DNA of 63,948 bases, taken from assembly GCA_963627445.1 (NCBI GenBank), contig CAVGBM010000107.1, positions 1 to 63,948 of the forward strand, read 5' to 3'. Made by a program: the position numbers and the translations under genes. The notes beneath the pieces are model-generated. The model saw only the letters and a program-made list of their open reading frames with translations. It ran no database searches and was not told where the DNA came from. Of this stretch, positions 9,097 through 18,439 are shown in pieces. The stretch comes from Oscillospiraceae bacterium (GTDB lineage: Bacteria > Bacillota > Clostridia > Oscillospirales > Oscillospiraceae). The first letter of the stretch is position 1. Each line of letters opens with the position of its first letter.

Positions 9097-9559
9097 CTTT
9101 GCCTATCCCGAGCTGAGCGCCGATAAATGCCCCAAGCTCGGCTCGCTGCGCATCGCTGCAGCTATAGCTTATCTCGCAGCTTACAGGATACCAGAAGCCA
9201 TCAGTCGACCATTCGACGCTGACCGAGACATCGTCTATATCCGCTCCCATTTCTTCGGCTTTGTCCAATATATATGCCCGGCACTTATCTTGTATGTACA
9301 ATCTATTTAAATTTTCACTCTCGGTTTTCCCGCTGTCGGCATACTCCTCTGCCTTGAGCTTATACTCTGTGAGCGTTTTTGAATAGTCGCTCAAGTCTAT
9401 TGAGACGATCGGTGATATGACCGCTATCATCATAGTCGCAGCACATGCTATGCCGACGGCTTTTTTGCCGCTGCCCTCGGGAGTCAGTGCCAGCGCAAGG
9501 AAGCAGAACACGGCAGAGCAAACAAGTGTTTGTATGTAATTATGCACAAATTCGCTCAC
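9062..9559 (-). CDS. spoIIIAF: stage III sporulation protein AF
   Basis: ORF 9062..9616 trimmed to GTG 9559 (VSEFVHNYIQTLV...), which overlaps the spoIIIAE TAG stop (TAGTG). It has two N-terminal TM segments. Confidence 0.75.
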   Translation of the reverse strand: MSEFVHNYIQTLVCSAVFCFLALALTPEGSGKKAVGIACAATMMIAVISPIVSIDLSDYSKTLTEYKLKAEEYADSGKTESENLNRLYIQDKCRAYILDKAEEMGADIDDVSVSVEWSTDGFWYPVSCEISYSCSDAQRAELGAFIGAQLGIGKDDQKWCRTNEQ

Positions 9560-10626
9560 TAGCCCACCACCGCTCTCATGCACGAAATCAGGGAAATAAA
9601 CATCATCACGCCGCAACAGCCGACAAGCCCCAGCAGCATTCCGAAGGCTGTTCCGATGCTCTGCGTCAGAGATGCGATCTGAGGCAGCTTAAGCGTCGAC
9701 GTGAACGCTCCGGCAGCCTTAAAACTCAGGTAATTCAGGCCGATCACGACCATCGGCGAAATGCACAAAGACAACACGGCGATCATGCCGAAAGCGCCCA
9801 AAGTGTTCTTGACAATTTCCGCACCGGCGACTACACTCGAAGCTGCGTCCGAGATTATCCCACCAACTACGGGGAGCGCCGTTGAGATGGTCGTTTTTGC
9901 GATTTTCGAGGCCAGCTTGTCCCCGCCGGATGCTATGGCAGAGCTCACGCCGATGTAGGCCGTGAAGCCAAGAGAAAGCAACGTCATAAGGCTTGTGCTT
10001 ACCCACTTGAGCAGCTTTGAGACTGAGCCGAGGCTTGGGTTATCGAATGCAGCCGAGGCTATGCTCACGGCAAGGTAGGCGTATATAAACGGCACGATAA
10101 GGTTCTGCGCCAGGGCTATGAAAATGTCCATGAACATCGCCGATGCCGCATACCTGACAGCAGCCGAGCTTATCTCGCCGCAGGCAGCCGAAGCTGTGCA
10201 CATGGCGGGCAGAAGTATCTTCGAAAAGGCAGAGATATCATTTATTGCCTTTGTGCCCTGGCTTATATATGAGTTCGTGTCACTCACGCACAGTATCGTT
10301 ATCGCAGCGCAGCCGCACAAGGTAACGAGCTCCGGCGTTTTGTCGCCGCCGAACAGCGAAAGTATGGAACATAAGACGGCAACAATGACAACACTGACCG
10401 CTTTTTTCAAAATGCCGCCTGCATTATCCTTGAGTTTTTGCTTCACGGTCTTGCCAAGGCGGTCAAAAAAAGCCTGAGCGTCCCCTTCATCGTCAAAATC
10501 ACCGGCAAGCTCCCTTGCGTCATCCGGCAGTGAGTTTTCGACCTTGCGTGTATCGAGCCCATCGGCATGGCAGGCGCCGGACAGGACAAGGAGCATGACA
10601 AATACAATGATCAAAAACCGTTTCAT
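9559..10626 (-). CDS. spoIIIAE: stage III sporulation protein AE
   Basis: 355 aa with a signal peptide and a polytopic membrane domain. Operon position and size are typical of SpoIIIAE. Confidence 0.85.
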   Translation of the reverse strand: MKRFLIIVFVMLLVLSGACHADGLDTRKVENSLPDDARELAGDFDDEGDAQAFFDRLGKTVKQKLKDNAGGILKKAVSVVIVAVLCSILSLFGGDKTPELVTLCGCAAITILCVSDTNSYISQGTKAINDISAFSKILLPAMCTASAACGEISSAAVRYAASAMFMDIFIALAQNLIVPFIYAYLAVSIASAAFDNPSLGSVSKLLKWVSTSLMTLLSLGFTAYIGVSSAIASGGDKLASKIAKTTISTALPVVGGIISDAASSVVAGAEIVKNTLGAFGMIAVLSLCISPMVVIGLNYLSFKAAGAFTSTLKLPQIASLTQSIGTAFGMLLGLVGCCGVMMFISLISCMRAVVG

Positions 10627-11012
10627 GTCAGCCCCTCCAATGTCTTTAGTAATGTTCCCAGCAGCGGCATTGCCGTGTAGACCATTGCGGCGCTGCCGAG
10701 ATATTCAACGGCGGACGATGTGCCGTTTTGCCCTGCGTCCTTGCACAAATTGCAGACAAGCTTTGTGAGCACGGCAATGCCGACACATTTGATTATAGGT
10801 ACAAACACCGCAGACGGCAGCCCCGAGTCTTTTATGATGCCGGACACAAAATCCGCAAGCGAGGCTATCATTCCCACGGCAGCCGCGCATACGCACACAG
10901 CGCATATCGTGCTTAATACGAAGGAATACTCAGGATTTTTCGCCTTTATCAAAAGGCTGCACGCTGCGCACAGAATAGCTACCGCAGCAGCTTTTGCAAG
11001 GATCTCCATCAC
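10623..11012 (-). CDS. spoIIIAD: stage III sporulation protein AD
   Basis: 129-aa polytopic membrane protein. Start and stop are coupled to its neighbours. Confidence 0.85.
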   Translation of the reverse strand: MMEILAKAAAVAILCAACSLLIKAKNPEYSFVLSTICAVCVCAAAVGMIASLADFVSGIIKDSGLPSAVFVPIIKCVGIAVLTKLVCNLCKDAGQNGTSSAVEYLGSAAMVYTAMPLLGTLLKTLEGLT

Positions 11013-11203
11013 AGCTGGAACAGGGTCTTTATGAGGCCGAACAGCTCGCTTATCTTTTGGACGACAACGATAAGCACGACGACAAGCGCAGCTATAGTTG
11101 TCATGAGCGCCTGCTCATCCCTGCCGGATCGGCTGAGCAATATATTGAGCACCGCAACGAGTATACCGACGGCGGCGATTTTGAAGATCAGATCAATTTC
11201 CAT
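11009..11203 (-). CDS. spoIIIAC: stage III sporulation protein AC
   Basis: 64 aa with two TM segments, MEIDLIFKIAAVGILVAVLNILLSRSGRDEQA..., closely matching the SpoIIIAC family pattern. Confidence 0.88.
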   Translation of the reverse strand: MEIDLIFKIAAVGILVAVLNILLSRSGRDEQALMTTIAALVVVLIVVVQKISELFGLIKTLFQL

Positions 11204-11215
11204 TTTATCTCCTTC

Positions 11216-11728
11216 TCAGACCAGTATTATGCCGAAAATAAGCCCTATTCCCGTTCCCAGTCCGATGTACATTTTTTCGTTGTTTCTAAGTCCTTCGTTA
11301 AGCTTTGCGTATTCATTGTTAAGCTCGCTTATGCATCTGTCGATGGATGCCGCCTGAAGCTCGGCATCGTATTTGCCGATGCTGCTGCCGAGATCCTTGA
11401 CAGCTTGTCTGCCGCTTTTATCAAGTAGTGCAAGCTCTTTTTCGGCGCACTCGCACCAGATCTGCGCAAAGCTCCTGCTCCCGAGGCTCAGAAGCCCTAC
11501 CTCAAGGCTGCCTATAAAGCCGTTTATGTACTGATACTTCGGCATGTTTGAGCATGAAAAAAGTTGCCTTAAGGGTGTTCTTCTTGTAAATATCTCATTG
11601 CGCATCAGCTCTAAAAGTGATATCATTTCTCTTAGCGCCCGTGATGCCGCTTTCAGGTCGCGCGCCTTGAAAAATCCCATAACGGAGGCTGCTGCGGTCA
11701 GCATGATCGCACCGATAAGCTTCATCAC
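11216..11728 (-). CDS. spoIIIAB: stage III sporulation protein AB
   Basis: 170 aa with TM segments at both ends and a helical cytosolic domain. Operon position fits. Confidence 0.82.
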   Translation of the reverse strand: MMKLIGAIMLTAAASVMGFFKARDLKAASRALREMISLLELMRNEIFTRRTPLRQLFSCSNMPKYQYINGFIGSLEVGLLSLGSRSFAQIWCECAEKELALLDKSGRQAVKDLGSSIGKYDAELQAASIDRCISELNNEYAKLNEGLRNNEKMYIGLGTGIGLIFGIILV

Positions 11729-12606
11729 TTCAGCTCCTCGACGTGGTAGCTTCTGCTGCCGCTGCTGTTTTCTATAAACAGGCAGTATTTGAATATTCGC
11801 ATCTGCATAAGGCGACGATAAAGCTTGCGTGAATAGAGGTCTTTGGCATCCCGTGCATGGGCTGTTGCAAGCAGGTGTACACCGCAGCCGGAGGCATCGA
11901 AAACTGACTGCATGTCCTCGCTTGAGCTTACCTCATCCATTGCGAGAACATCGGGGTTCATCGCTCTTATGAGCATCATTGCGGCCTTTGCCTTCGGCGC
12001 ATTGCTTATAACATCCGTGTATCTGCCGACATCAAATTGGGCGACTCCATCGCTTACGGCAGCTATCTCGCCTCGTTCATCGGCAACCGACACCCGTTTG
12101 CCGCTGTCGGAGATAACTCTTATAAACTCACGCAGGCAGGTCGTTTTGCCGCAGCCGGGCGGGGATGCAATGAGAATGTCAGTGAGGCCATTCTGGTTCA
12201 TCAGTCTCAGCTCATTTGCAGCGACCCCTCGTATTTCTTTTGGGATCCTGAGCGATAATGAACTTAGGTCCCTGATGCCGCAGACTGTCCCTGCGCGCAT
12301 TATTGCGTTTCCGCATATGCCGAGGCGGATACCTCCGTCGACATTTATGTAGCCGTTTGCCATGCTTGTCTCAACGGCATGCACCGAAGCGCCCGTTGCG
12401 CATTCAAGCACGCTTTCAAGGTCACCGACTGTAACGATATGCTCCTCGGCGATCGGTTTTTCACTGCCGTTTATGAGCACTGTCATAGTTTGTCCCGCCC
12501 TGAGACGTATCTCCTCGATCAGCTCACGTTCGGCCTCCGGAAGTATCAGTATCTCGCTGTTTAAGGCTATCGGAAGCATCGACGCTGCGCTGTTTAGTTT
12601 GTTCAT
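11725..12606 (-). CDS. spoIIIAA: stage III sporulation protein AA (secretion-type ATPase)
   Basis: 293 aa with Walker A PPGCGKTT and a Walker B-like LAMDEV. It is the first gene of the operon. Confidence 0.88.
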   Translation of the reverse strand: MNKLNSAASMLPIALNSEILILPEAERELIEEIRLRAGQTMTVLINGSEKPIAEEHIVTVGDLESVLECATGASVHAVETSMANGYINVDGGIRLGICGNAIMRAGTVCGIRDLSSLSLRIPKEIRGVAANELRLMNQNGLTDILIASPPGCGKTTCLREFIRVISDSGKRVSVADERGEIAAVSDGVAQFDVGRYTDVISNAPKAKAAMMLIRAMNPDVLAMDEVSSSEDMQSVFDASGCGVHLLATAHARDAKDLYSRKLYRRLMQMRIFKYCLFIENSSGSRSYHVEELK

Positions 12607-12762
12607 TTTTGCTCACCGTCCTATGTCCTATAACTATTATGGTAAGCAAAAAATTATTCCTTGTAAAAAATTATTTTTCTTGTCACCTTTTCACCTGTTG
12701 AGTTGTCTATATTATAGATAAATGAGACGCACTTTCGCTTGAGCATAAGGATATAAAGAGCC

Positions 12763-14157
12763 ATGGTTTTCAGCAGTATTAATTTCTTATTGATCTTCTT
12801 CCCGATTTTCTTCACCTGTTACTATCTAACGCCGAATAAGTACAAGAACTATACCCTTCTCTTAGGCAGTCTTGCGTTTTATTTTATCGGAACCATAAAT
12901 GCACCATACCACTTTGTCCTGCTCATCGCCTGCATGCTCGTAGACTTCTTTGTAGGTCTCGGCATCAGCAGATCCGAAAGGCACAAAAAGCTCCTGCTGG
13001 TTTTGGGCATCATCTTCCATCTTATATGCCTGTGCACATTTAAGTATGCAAGCTTTATTATCGGCGAGCTTGGGAAGCTGTCGGATAGCTTTGATATCAC
13101 AGTGAGCATCATTCTGCCGATCGGCATCTCATTCTACACATTCCAGGGTATCTCATACCTTGTGGATGTTTACAGAGGCGATGTTGAAGCCGAAGAAAGC
13201 CTTTTATGCTACTGCGTTTATATCTCAATGTTTGAGCAGCTCATCGCAGGCCCGATCGTTACATACGGGCAAGTGCAATATGATCTGCACAAGAGAAACA
13301 TTTGGCTCCAGGATGTATTCAAAGGCATAGGTATCTTTATCTTCGGTCTCGGACTTAAGGTACTGCTCGCAAATCCCCTGGGTAAGCTTTGGTCGCAGAC
13401 GCTCGCCATCGGCTTTGAAAGTGTCTCCACTCCGCTTGCATGGATGGGCGTTGCGGCATATTCGTTCCAGCTGTACTTTGACTTTTTCGGCTATTCGCTC
13501 ATGGCCATCGGCATGGGCAAAATGCTCGGCTTTGAGCTGCCGATTAACTTTAATCACCCCTATGCAAGTCTTACGATGACCGAATTCTGGAGAAGGTGGC
13601 ACATTACACTCGGCTCATGGTTCAGGGAGTATGTCTACATCCCCCTTGGCGGAAGCAGAAGAAGTGTTCCGAGGATCATCCTGAACCTGCTCATTGTCTG
13701 GCTGCTCACGGGTATATGGCACGGAGCGGGATACAACTTCATGCTGTGGGGCTTTATGCTCTTCTGCATACTTGTCATCGAAAAATTCTTCATCGGCAAG
13801 TATTTGAATGCTCATCCCTTTATCGGTCATATATATATGATATTGCTGATACCTTTGAGCTGGGCTGTGTTCGCCGTCACCGATTTTTCGCAGCTGGGCG
13901 TTCTGTTCACTCGCCTGTTCCCGTTCTTCGGGCAGGGTGTCTGGTCGGTGTTCAGGTATGACTACCTTAAGTACCTTGGCCAGTATTATCCGTTCCTTAT
14001 AATCGCTGTCCTATTTTCCACGAAGCTTCCGTATAAGCTTTTAAAGAAGATAAACAGCAAGATCGTCATTGCAGTTTTCCTCGCCGCCATTCTGGCAGGC
14101 AGCATTTACTGCATGTATCGTGGTCTTGACGACCCGTTCCTATATTTCAGATTCTGA
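12763..14157 (+). CDS. MBOAT-family membrane O-acyltransferase (AlgI/DltB/PatA-like)
   Basis: 464 aa, polytopic, with the MBOAT signature region FWRRWHITLGSWFREYVYIPLGGSRR containing the catalytic His. Confidence 0.88.
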   Translation: MVFSSINFLLIFFPIFFTCYYLTPNKYKNYTLLLGSLAFYFIGTINAPYHFVLLIACMLVDFFVGLGISRSERHKKLLLVLGIIFHLICLCTFKYASFIIGELGKLSDSFDITVSIILPIGISFYTFQGISYLVDVYRGDVEAEESLLCYCVYISMFEQLIAGPIVTYGQVQYDLHKRNIWLQDVFKGIGIFIFGLGLKVLLANPLGKLWSQTLAIGFESVSTPLAWMGVAAYSFQLYFDFFGYSLMAIGMGKMLGFELPINFNHPYASLTMTEFWRRWHITLGSWFREYVYIPLGGSRRSVPRIILNLLIVWLLTGIWHGAGYNFMLWGFMLFCILVIEKFFIGKYLNAHPFIGHIYMILLIPLSWAVFAVTDFSQLGVLFTRLFPFFGQGVWSVFRYDYLKYLGQYYPFLIIAVLFSTKLPYKLLKKINSKIVIAVFLAAILAGSIYCMYRGLDDPFLYFRF

Positions 14158-14167
14158 GGATGCAACA

Positions 14168-14971
14168 ATGAAAAAATCCAATATAATTACCTTTGCAATT
14201 TTGTTTGTCGTAACAGCAGCCGTACTCATTTATGCGTCACTCTCGGGCAGCGATGAGCCCGAGGTCACCCCTACCCCCGAGCCTACGGCGGCACCGACAC
14301 AGACTGTCGAGCCCACGCCTACCGCGCAGCCTACAAAGCCTGTAGAAACCGCAAAGCCTGTTGAGACGAAAAAGCCCGAGCCCAGCAAGGCTCCAGCCCC
14401 CGTCAGTATGAACGACACTCTGTTCATCGGCGACTCGAGGACTGTTGGCATAAGAGAGTACTCAGGGCTTAAGAACGCTGACTTTTTCTGCAGCGTCGGC
14501 TTGAATATTTTTGATGCGGCCAACGAAACGCTTTCGGTCGAAAACGTTGGAGACGTTACGCTTTCGGGTCTGCTGTCGCAGAAGAAATACACTAAGATAT
14601 ACATCATGCTCGGCATCAACGAGGTCGGATATCCACACAGCTCGATCGTCGATAAGTACAGCAAGGTTTTGGATATGATCAAGACCAAGCAGCCGGATGC
14701 AAGCATTTTTATAGAGGCAAATCTTCACGTTTCCAAGTCCCGCTCCGACAGCGATTCTGTTGTAAACAACGCTGCGATAAACGACCTTAACACAAAGCTC
14801 TCCGCTTTAGCGGACGGCAGCAGGGTGTTTTACATCGATGCCAACAGCATTTTTGACGATGAGAGCGGCTCCCTCTCCTCGGATATGACCTCCGATGGCA
14901 CTCATCTTTACGCTAAATACTACCCCACATGGGTCGAATGGATCAGTCAGGAGTCGGCAAAGTATATATAA
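14168..14971 (+). CDS. secreted SGNH/GDSL-family hydrolase/acyltransferase (PatB/AlgX-like partner of the MBOAT)
   Basis: ORF 14069..14971 trimmed to ATG 14168 (GAGGAT RBS). It has an N-terminal TM/signal anchor and a Pro/Thr-rich linker. SGNH blocks are LFIGDSRTVG, GINE and the C-terminal DGTHL. Confidence 0.8.
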   Translation: MKKSNIITFAILFVVTAAVLIYASLSGSDEPEVTPTPEPTAAPTQTVEPTPTAQPTKPVETAKPVETKKPEPSKAPAPVSMNDTLFIGDSRTVGIREYSGLKNADFFCSVGLNIFDAANETLSVENVGDVTLSGLLSQKKYTKIYIMLGINEVGYPHSSIVDKYSKVLDMIKTKQPDASIFIEANLHVSKSRSDSDSVVNNAAINDLNTKLSALADGSRVFYIDANSIFDDESGSLSSDMTSDGTHLYAKYYPTWVEWISQESAKYI

Positions 14972-14993
14972 GATATAAACCGGAGGTGCGGCA

Positions 14994-15473
14994 TTGATCG
15001 ATAAGGATACGTTTTGCCGGTTGGTCAGGCAAAACGAAAAAGCAATGTATTCTGTCGCATTCTCTATCTTATCAAACGAAAGCGATGCAGCCGATGCTAT
15101 AAGCGAGGCGATATACCGGGCTTACAAAAGTCTGGATACCCTCAAAAACGAATATGCATTCAAACCATGGATACTGCGGATAGTCCGCAACTGCGCTGTG
15201 GAGCTCGTCCGCAGCAACAAAAATCTGCTTTCCATCGACGATGTTGAGGTCGAGGAAAGCAGCGGCGAAAACGATATTGTGACTGCGCTCACACTGAGAA
15301 AGGCAGTCGAACAGCTTAAACAGCCATACAAAGAGGTCGTTGTTTTATACTACTACGAAGACTTGTCAATAACTCAAATTTCAAAAATCACCGGCGCATC
15401 GGTCGTGACCGCAAAGCAGCAGCTATCCCGTGCAAGAAAAATGCTGCGAGATATGTTAATGGAGACTTTCTGA
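14994..15473 (+). CDS. ECF-type RNA polymerase sigma factor (TTG start)
   Basis: Sigma-70 region 2 (KPWILRIVRNCAVELVR) and region 4 HTH (LSITQISKITGASVVTAKQQLSRARKML). GGAGGT RBS lies 6 nt before TTG 14994. Confidence 0.85.
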   Translation: MIDKDTFCRLVRQNEKAMYSVAFSILSNESDAADAISEAIYRAYKSLDTLKNEYAFKPWILRIVRNCAVELVRSNKNLLSIDDVEVEESSGENDIVTALTLRKAVEQLKQPYKEVVVLYYYEDLSITQISKITGASVVTAKQQLSRARKMLRDMLMETF

Positions 15474-15474
15474 A

Positions 15475-16353
15475 ATGAACAAATTTGACTCCCAATTAAA
15501 AAAATGCGCAATGGAAGATGATCTTGAGGTCCCGGAAAGCGTGAAAAAGGCGATAGACGACACGCTCTCCTCCCTGCCCGATAACATAAATTGCAGGCGC
15601 AGAAAGGTCGTTAAGCAGGTGCTGACCGCAGCGGCGTGCCTGCTGCTCGTGTTCCTCGTCGTGCTTCCCAATTGCAGCCCCGCATATGCGCAGGCACTTG
15701 AGAATATCCCCGTAATAAGCAGCATAATCGAGGTCGTCACGGTCAGAAATTACAAATATTCCGATGATAACTACACCCTTGATATCAATGTGCCGCATGT
15801 CACGGGTCAAAATAGCGCCGCTGAAAACTATATAAACAAGGATGTTGACGAGATGACGAAGCTCCTTTCCGATTGGTTTTACGAGGAGATCGAAACTACC
15901 GGGGGCGAGGGGCACGGAACGGTTCATGTCGACTATGAGGTCGTCACGAACACCGACAAGTGGTTTACTTTGAAGCTGCGTGTTTACGAGGCATACGGAA
16001 GCGGTAATACATACTACAAGTATTATCACATCGATAAAACCAATGGCTGTATTGTTGAGCTGAGCGATCTTGCGGTTGACGACAGCTTTTACAGCAAGCT
16101 AAAGGCCGAGGTTCAGCGGCAAATGAAGGTCGAAATGAGTGAGGATAAGGACATCGAATACTGGCTCGAAGATGACCCGTTCAGCGTGTATTACCTTGAG
16201 CCGGGCGAAAACAGCAACTTTTATTGGAACGATGACGGCGACCTAGTCATTGTTTTCAATGAATATGATGCCGCACCCGGGTTCATGGGGACACCCGAGT
16301 TCACAGTCAAAAAGAGCGTTTTAGGCGATTCACTTGTCCCTGAATACAGATAA
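15475..16353 (+). CDS. anti-sigma factor with RsiV-like architecture (short cytosolic N-term, one TM, DUF4163/DUF3298-type ectodomain)
   Basis: Starts 1 nt after the sigma stop. TM is VLTAAACLLLVFLVVL. The ectodomain shows the DUF4163 pattern YTLDINVPHVTGQNSAAENYINKDVDEM and the DUF3298 pattern GDLVIVFNEYDAAPGFMGTPEFTV. Confidence 0.75.
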   Translation: MNKFDSQLKKCAMEDDLEVPESVKKAIDDTLSSLPDNINCRRRKVVKQVLTAAACLLLVFLVVLPNCSPAYAQALENIPVISSIIEVVTVRNYKYSDDNYTLDINVPHVTGQNSAAENYINKDVDEMTKLLSDWFYEEIETTGGEGHGTVHVDYEVVTNTDKWFTLKLRVYEAYGSGNTYYKYYHIDKTNGCIVELSDLAVDDSFYSKLKAEVQRQMKVEMSEDKDIEYWLEDDPFSVYYLEPGENSNFYWNDDGDLVIVFNEYDAAPGFMGTPEFTVKKSVLGDSLVPEYR

Positions 16354-16384
16354 AAATAAGCCCTCCGGCTGTGCCGGAGGGCTT
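16352..16384. terminator. bidirectional terminator between convergent anti-sigma gene and yebC
   Basis: Perfect 12-bp stem AAGCCCTCCGGC/GCCGGAGGGCTT (16358..16369 and 16373..16384). There is an A-run on the plus side, which is the T-run for the minus-strand transcript. Confidence 0.75.
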
Positions 16385-16397
16385 ACTGCATATTTAA

Positions 16398-17132
16398 TTA
16401 CTCTTCCCAGTTGTGCCAGACGTTCTGGACATCGTCGTTGTCCTCGAACATGTCGAGCATCTTGGTGATGTTCTTGATATCATCCTCGTTGGTGAGCTTG
16501 ATATAGCCATTCTGAGGCAGCATCTCTACCTGAGCAGAAAGAAGCTTGTAGCCCTTTGCAATAATGGCTTCTGCGACAGTGGTGACATCGTCGGGCTTGG
16601 TGTAAACGACAAAGGTCTCGCCGTCGGGCTCGAAGTCATCTGCGCCTGCGTCAAGAGCTTCCATCATGACGGTATCCTCGTCAAGCTCCTCGTCCTCGTT
16701 GTCGATGACGATAACGCCCTTCTTGTCAAATGACCAGGAAACGCAGTTTGCCGCACCCATGTTTCCGCCGTACTTATCGAAATAGTGGCGAATTTCGCCT
16801 GCGGTGCGGTTGCGGTTATCGGTCATGGTCTCAACGATGATTGCAACGCCGTTCGGGCCATAGCCTTCGTAAACGATCTTCTCATAGTTGTCAGTGTTGC
16901 CTGCACCAAGCGCCTTATCGATCGTGCGCTTGATGTTATCGTTAGGCATGTTTGCAGCCTTTGCCTTGGTGATGACCGCAGCAAGGCGCGAATTGTTATT
17001 GGGGTCGCCGCTGCCGCCTTCCTTGACCGCAACGATCATTTCTCTTGCGATCTTGGTAAACGCCTGTGCGCGCTTGGCATCCGCCGCACCCTTTGTCTTC
17101 TGTATATTGTGCCATTTGGAATGTCCTGACAT
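16398..17132 (-). CDS. yebC: YebC/PmpR-family DNA-binding transcriptional regulator
   Basis: MSGHSKWHNIQKTKGAADAKRAQAFTKIAREM... is the hallmark N-terminus of this family. Length 244 aa. Confidence 0.93.
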   Translation of the reverse strand: MSGHSKWHNIQKTKGAADAKRAQAFTKIAREMIVAVKEGGSGDPNNNSRLAAVITKAKAANMPNDNIKRTIDKALGAGNTDNYEKIVYEGYGPNGVAIIVETMTDNRNRTAGEIRHYFDKYGGNMGAANCVSWSFDKKGVIVIDNEDEELDEDTVMMEALDAGADDFEPDGETFVVYTKPDDVTTVAEAIIAKGYKLLSAQVEMLPQNGYIKLTNEDDIKNITKMLDMFEDNDDVQNVWHNWEE

Positions 17133-17176
17133 CTTTTAACAGCTCCTCTAAATGTATAATTACGAATTAACGGCAG

Positions 17177-18439
17177 TTATTTTATCACATTCTCCGCCTT
17201 ATGACAAGGATTAATTATCCTGCATTCAAGATAATAGCGCTTATCCGGCCCATGACCTATCGAAAAGCTCTTTTTGGGGAACGGACCGCTCTTATAAACG
17301 GATGTAAACAGCTCGGATTTCTCCATTCTCGGCATGAGGATACCGGCATCATGCTCTCTTTCGGCCATGCTCTCGCACTCTGAGTCGCCATGAATATAGT
17401 CTATCCTTCCGCCGTAGCGCTCGATGTATGCTTTGCAGAAGCTTTCGCATGAGCCGATAAGCTCGCCGAGCGTCATATCCGCAAGCTCTATCGTCTCGGT
17501 CGCCTCATGGGTGACAAGGGTTATCGCCTTGCCCTTGCCCAAATGCGGCGCAAAAAACTTCTTTGTCTCGGCAATAAACTGCTCGGGCTCGGTGTCAAAC
17601 AGCACCTTATGTATCGGCTCAAAGGTTATCGCCGGTGAATGAATGTTGTTTATCTCGCAAAGCGCAAAGCGAGCCGGATGTGTCGCCCTTTCCTCAGTGC
17701 TAAGCGTAGGCTTTATCTCCTCCCAATACTGCTTTGCCGCGGCAACACTGTGGTTCCCGTCGCCTATCGCAAAGATTATCGGGTCATCGGCGCTACCGTA
17801 TTTCTTTATAAGCTCATTCTCGTCGCTGAGCTTTCCTACAGTAGCTGCTATCGCGGCATTATCCGAGACCTGCCAGCCCTTGATACGGCCGCCGTGCTGC
17901 ATGAGCTCAAAATCGTACAGGAGCTTTCCCTTTTTGACAGAAGAGAACACATAGTCTTCGGGGTCATCGATGAAAACCATTATATGCGGCATCTCCACAA
18001 GCGCCTTTTCGCGCACCCTTATGCGGGGCGGCAGCCTGTCCTCCACCGTGTGCTCGGTCGCCCGTATAGGCGAAACTGAGCCCTCAGCCCAATTGTATGC
18101 CTCAAGATCGAGCATACCGATAAGCCCCGGCCTGACCGTGCCGTCGGAAAGTGTCCTTTCGATATAGACATAGCTGTCTTTAAGCTCGGTAAACACGCCG
18201 TTTTCGAGATAATCGCGCATAACGGAGTAAATTTTCTCGCTCTCGGTCTCGGCATCCTTGATACCGAGCTCCGCCTCAGGCAGTATCATGTTAAGCGCCG
18301 AGGGCTTGTCTCCCGCTATCTTGCGCACCTGCTGCCAATACTCGGGCTCGGATGTAAACTGGTCGCAGGCAACGACGCTCCACGCAGTCATATCCTCAAC
18401 ATTCGGCAGAAGCACATCCGCCAGCCTAAAAATTTCCAC
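17177..18439 (-). CDS. DUF1015 family protein (function unknown), GTG start
   Basis: 420 aa. The WSVVACDQFTSEPEYW segment is typical of DUF1015. The GTG start lies immediately after the upstream TGA. Confidence 0.8.
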   Translation of the reverse strand: MEIFRLADVLLPNVEDMTAWSVVACDQFTSEPEYWQQVRKIAGDKPSALNMILPEAELGIKDAETESEKIYSVMRDYLENGVFTELKDSYVYIERTLSDGTVRPGLIGMLDLEAYNWAEGSVSPIRATEHTVEDRLPPRIRVREKALVEMPHIMVFIDDPEDYVFSSVKKGKLLYDFELMQHGGRIKGWQVSDNAAIAATVGKLSDENELIKKYGSADDPIIFAIGDGNHSVAAAKQYWEEIKPTLSTEERATHPARFALCEINNIHSPAITFEPIHKVLFDTEPEQFIAETKKFFAPHLGKGKAITLVTHEATETIELADMTLGELIGSCESFCKAYIERYGGRIDYIHGDSECESMAEREHDAGILMPRMEKSELFTSVYKSGPFPKKSFSIGHGPDKRYYLECRIINPCHKAENVIK

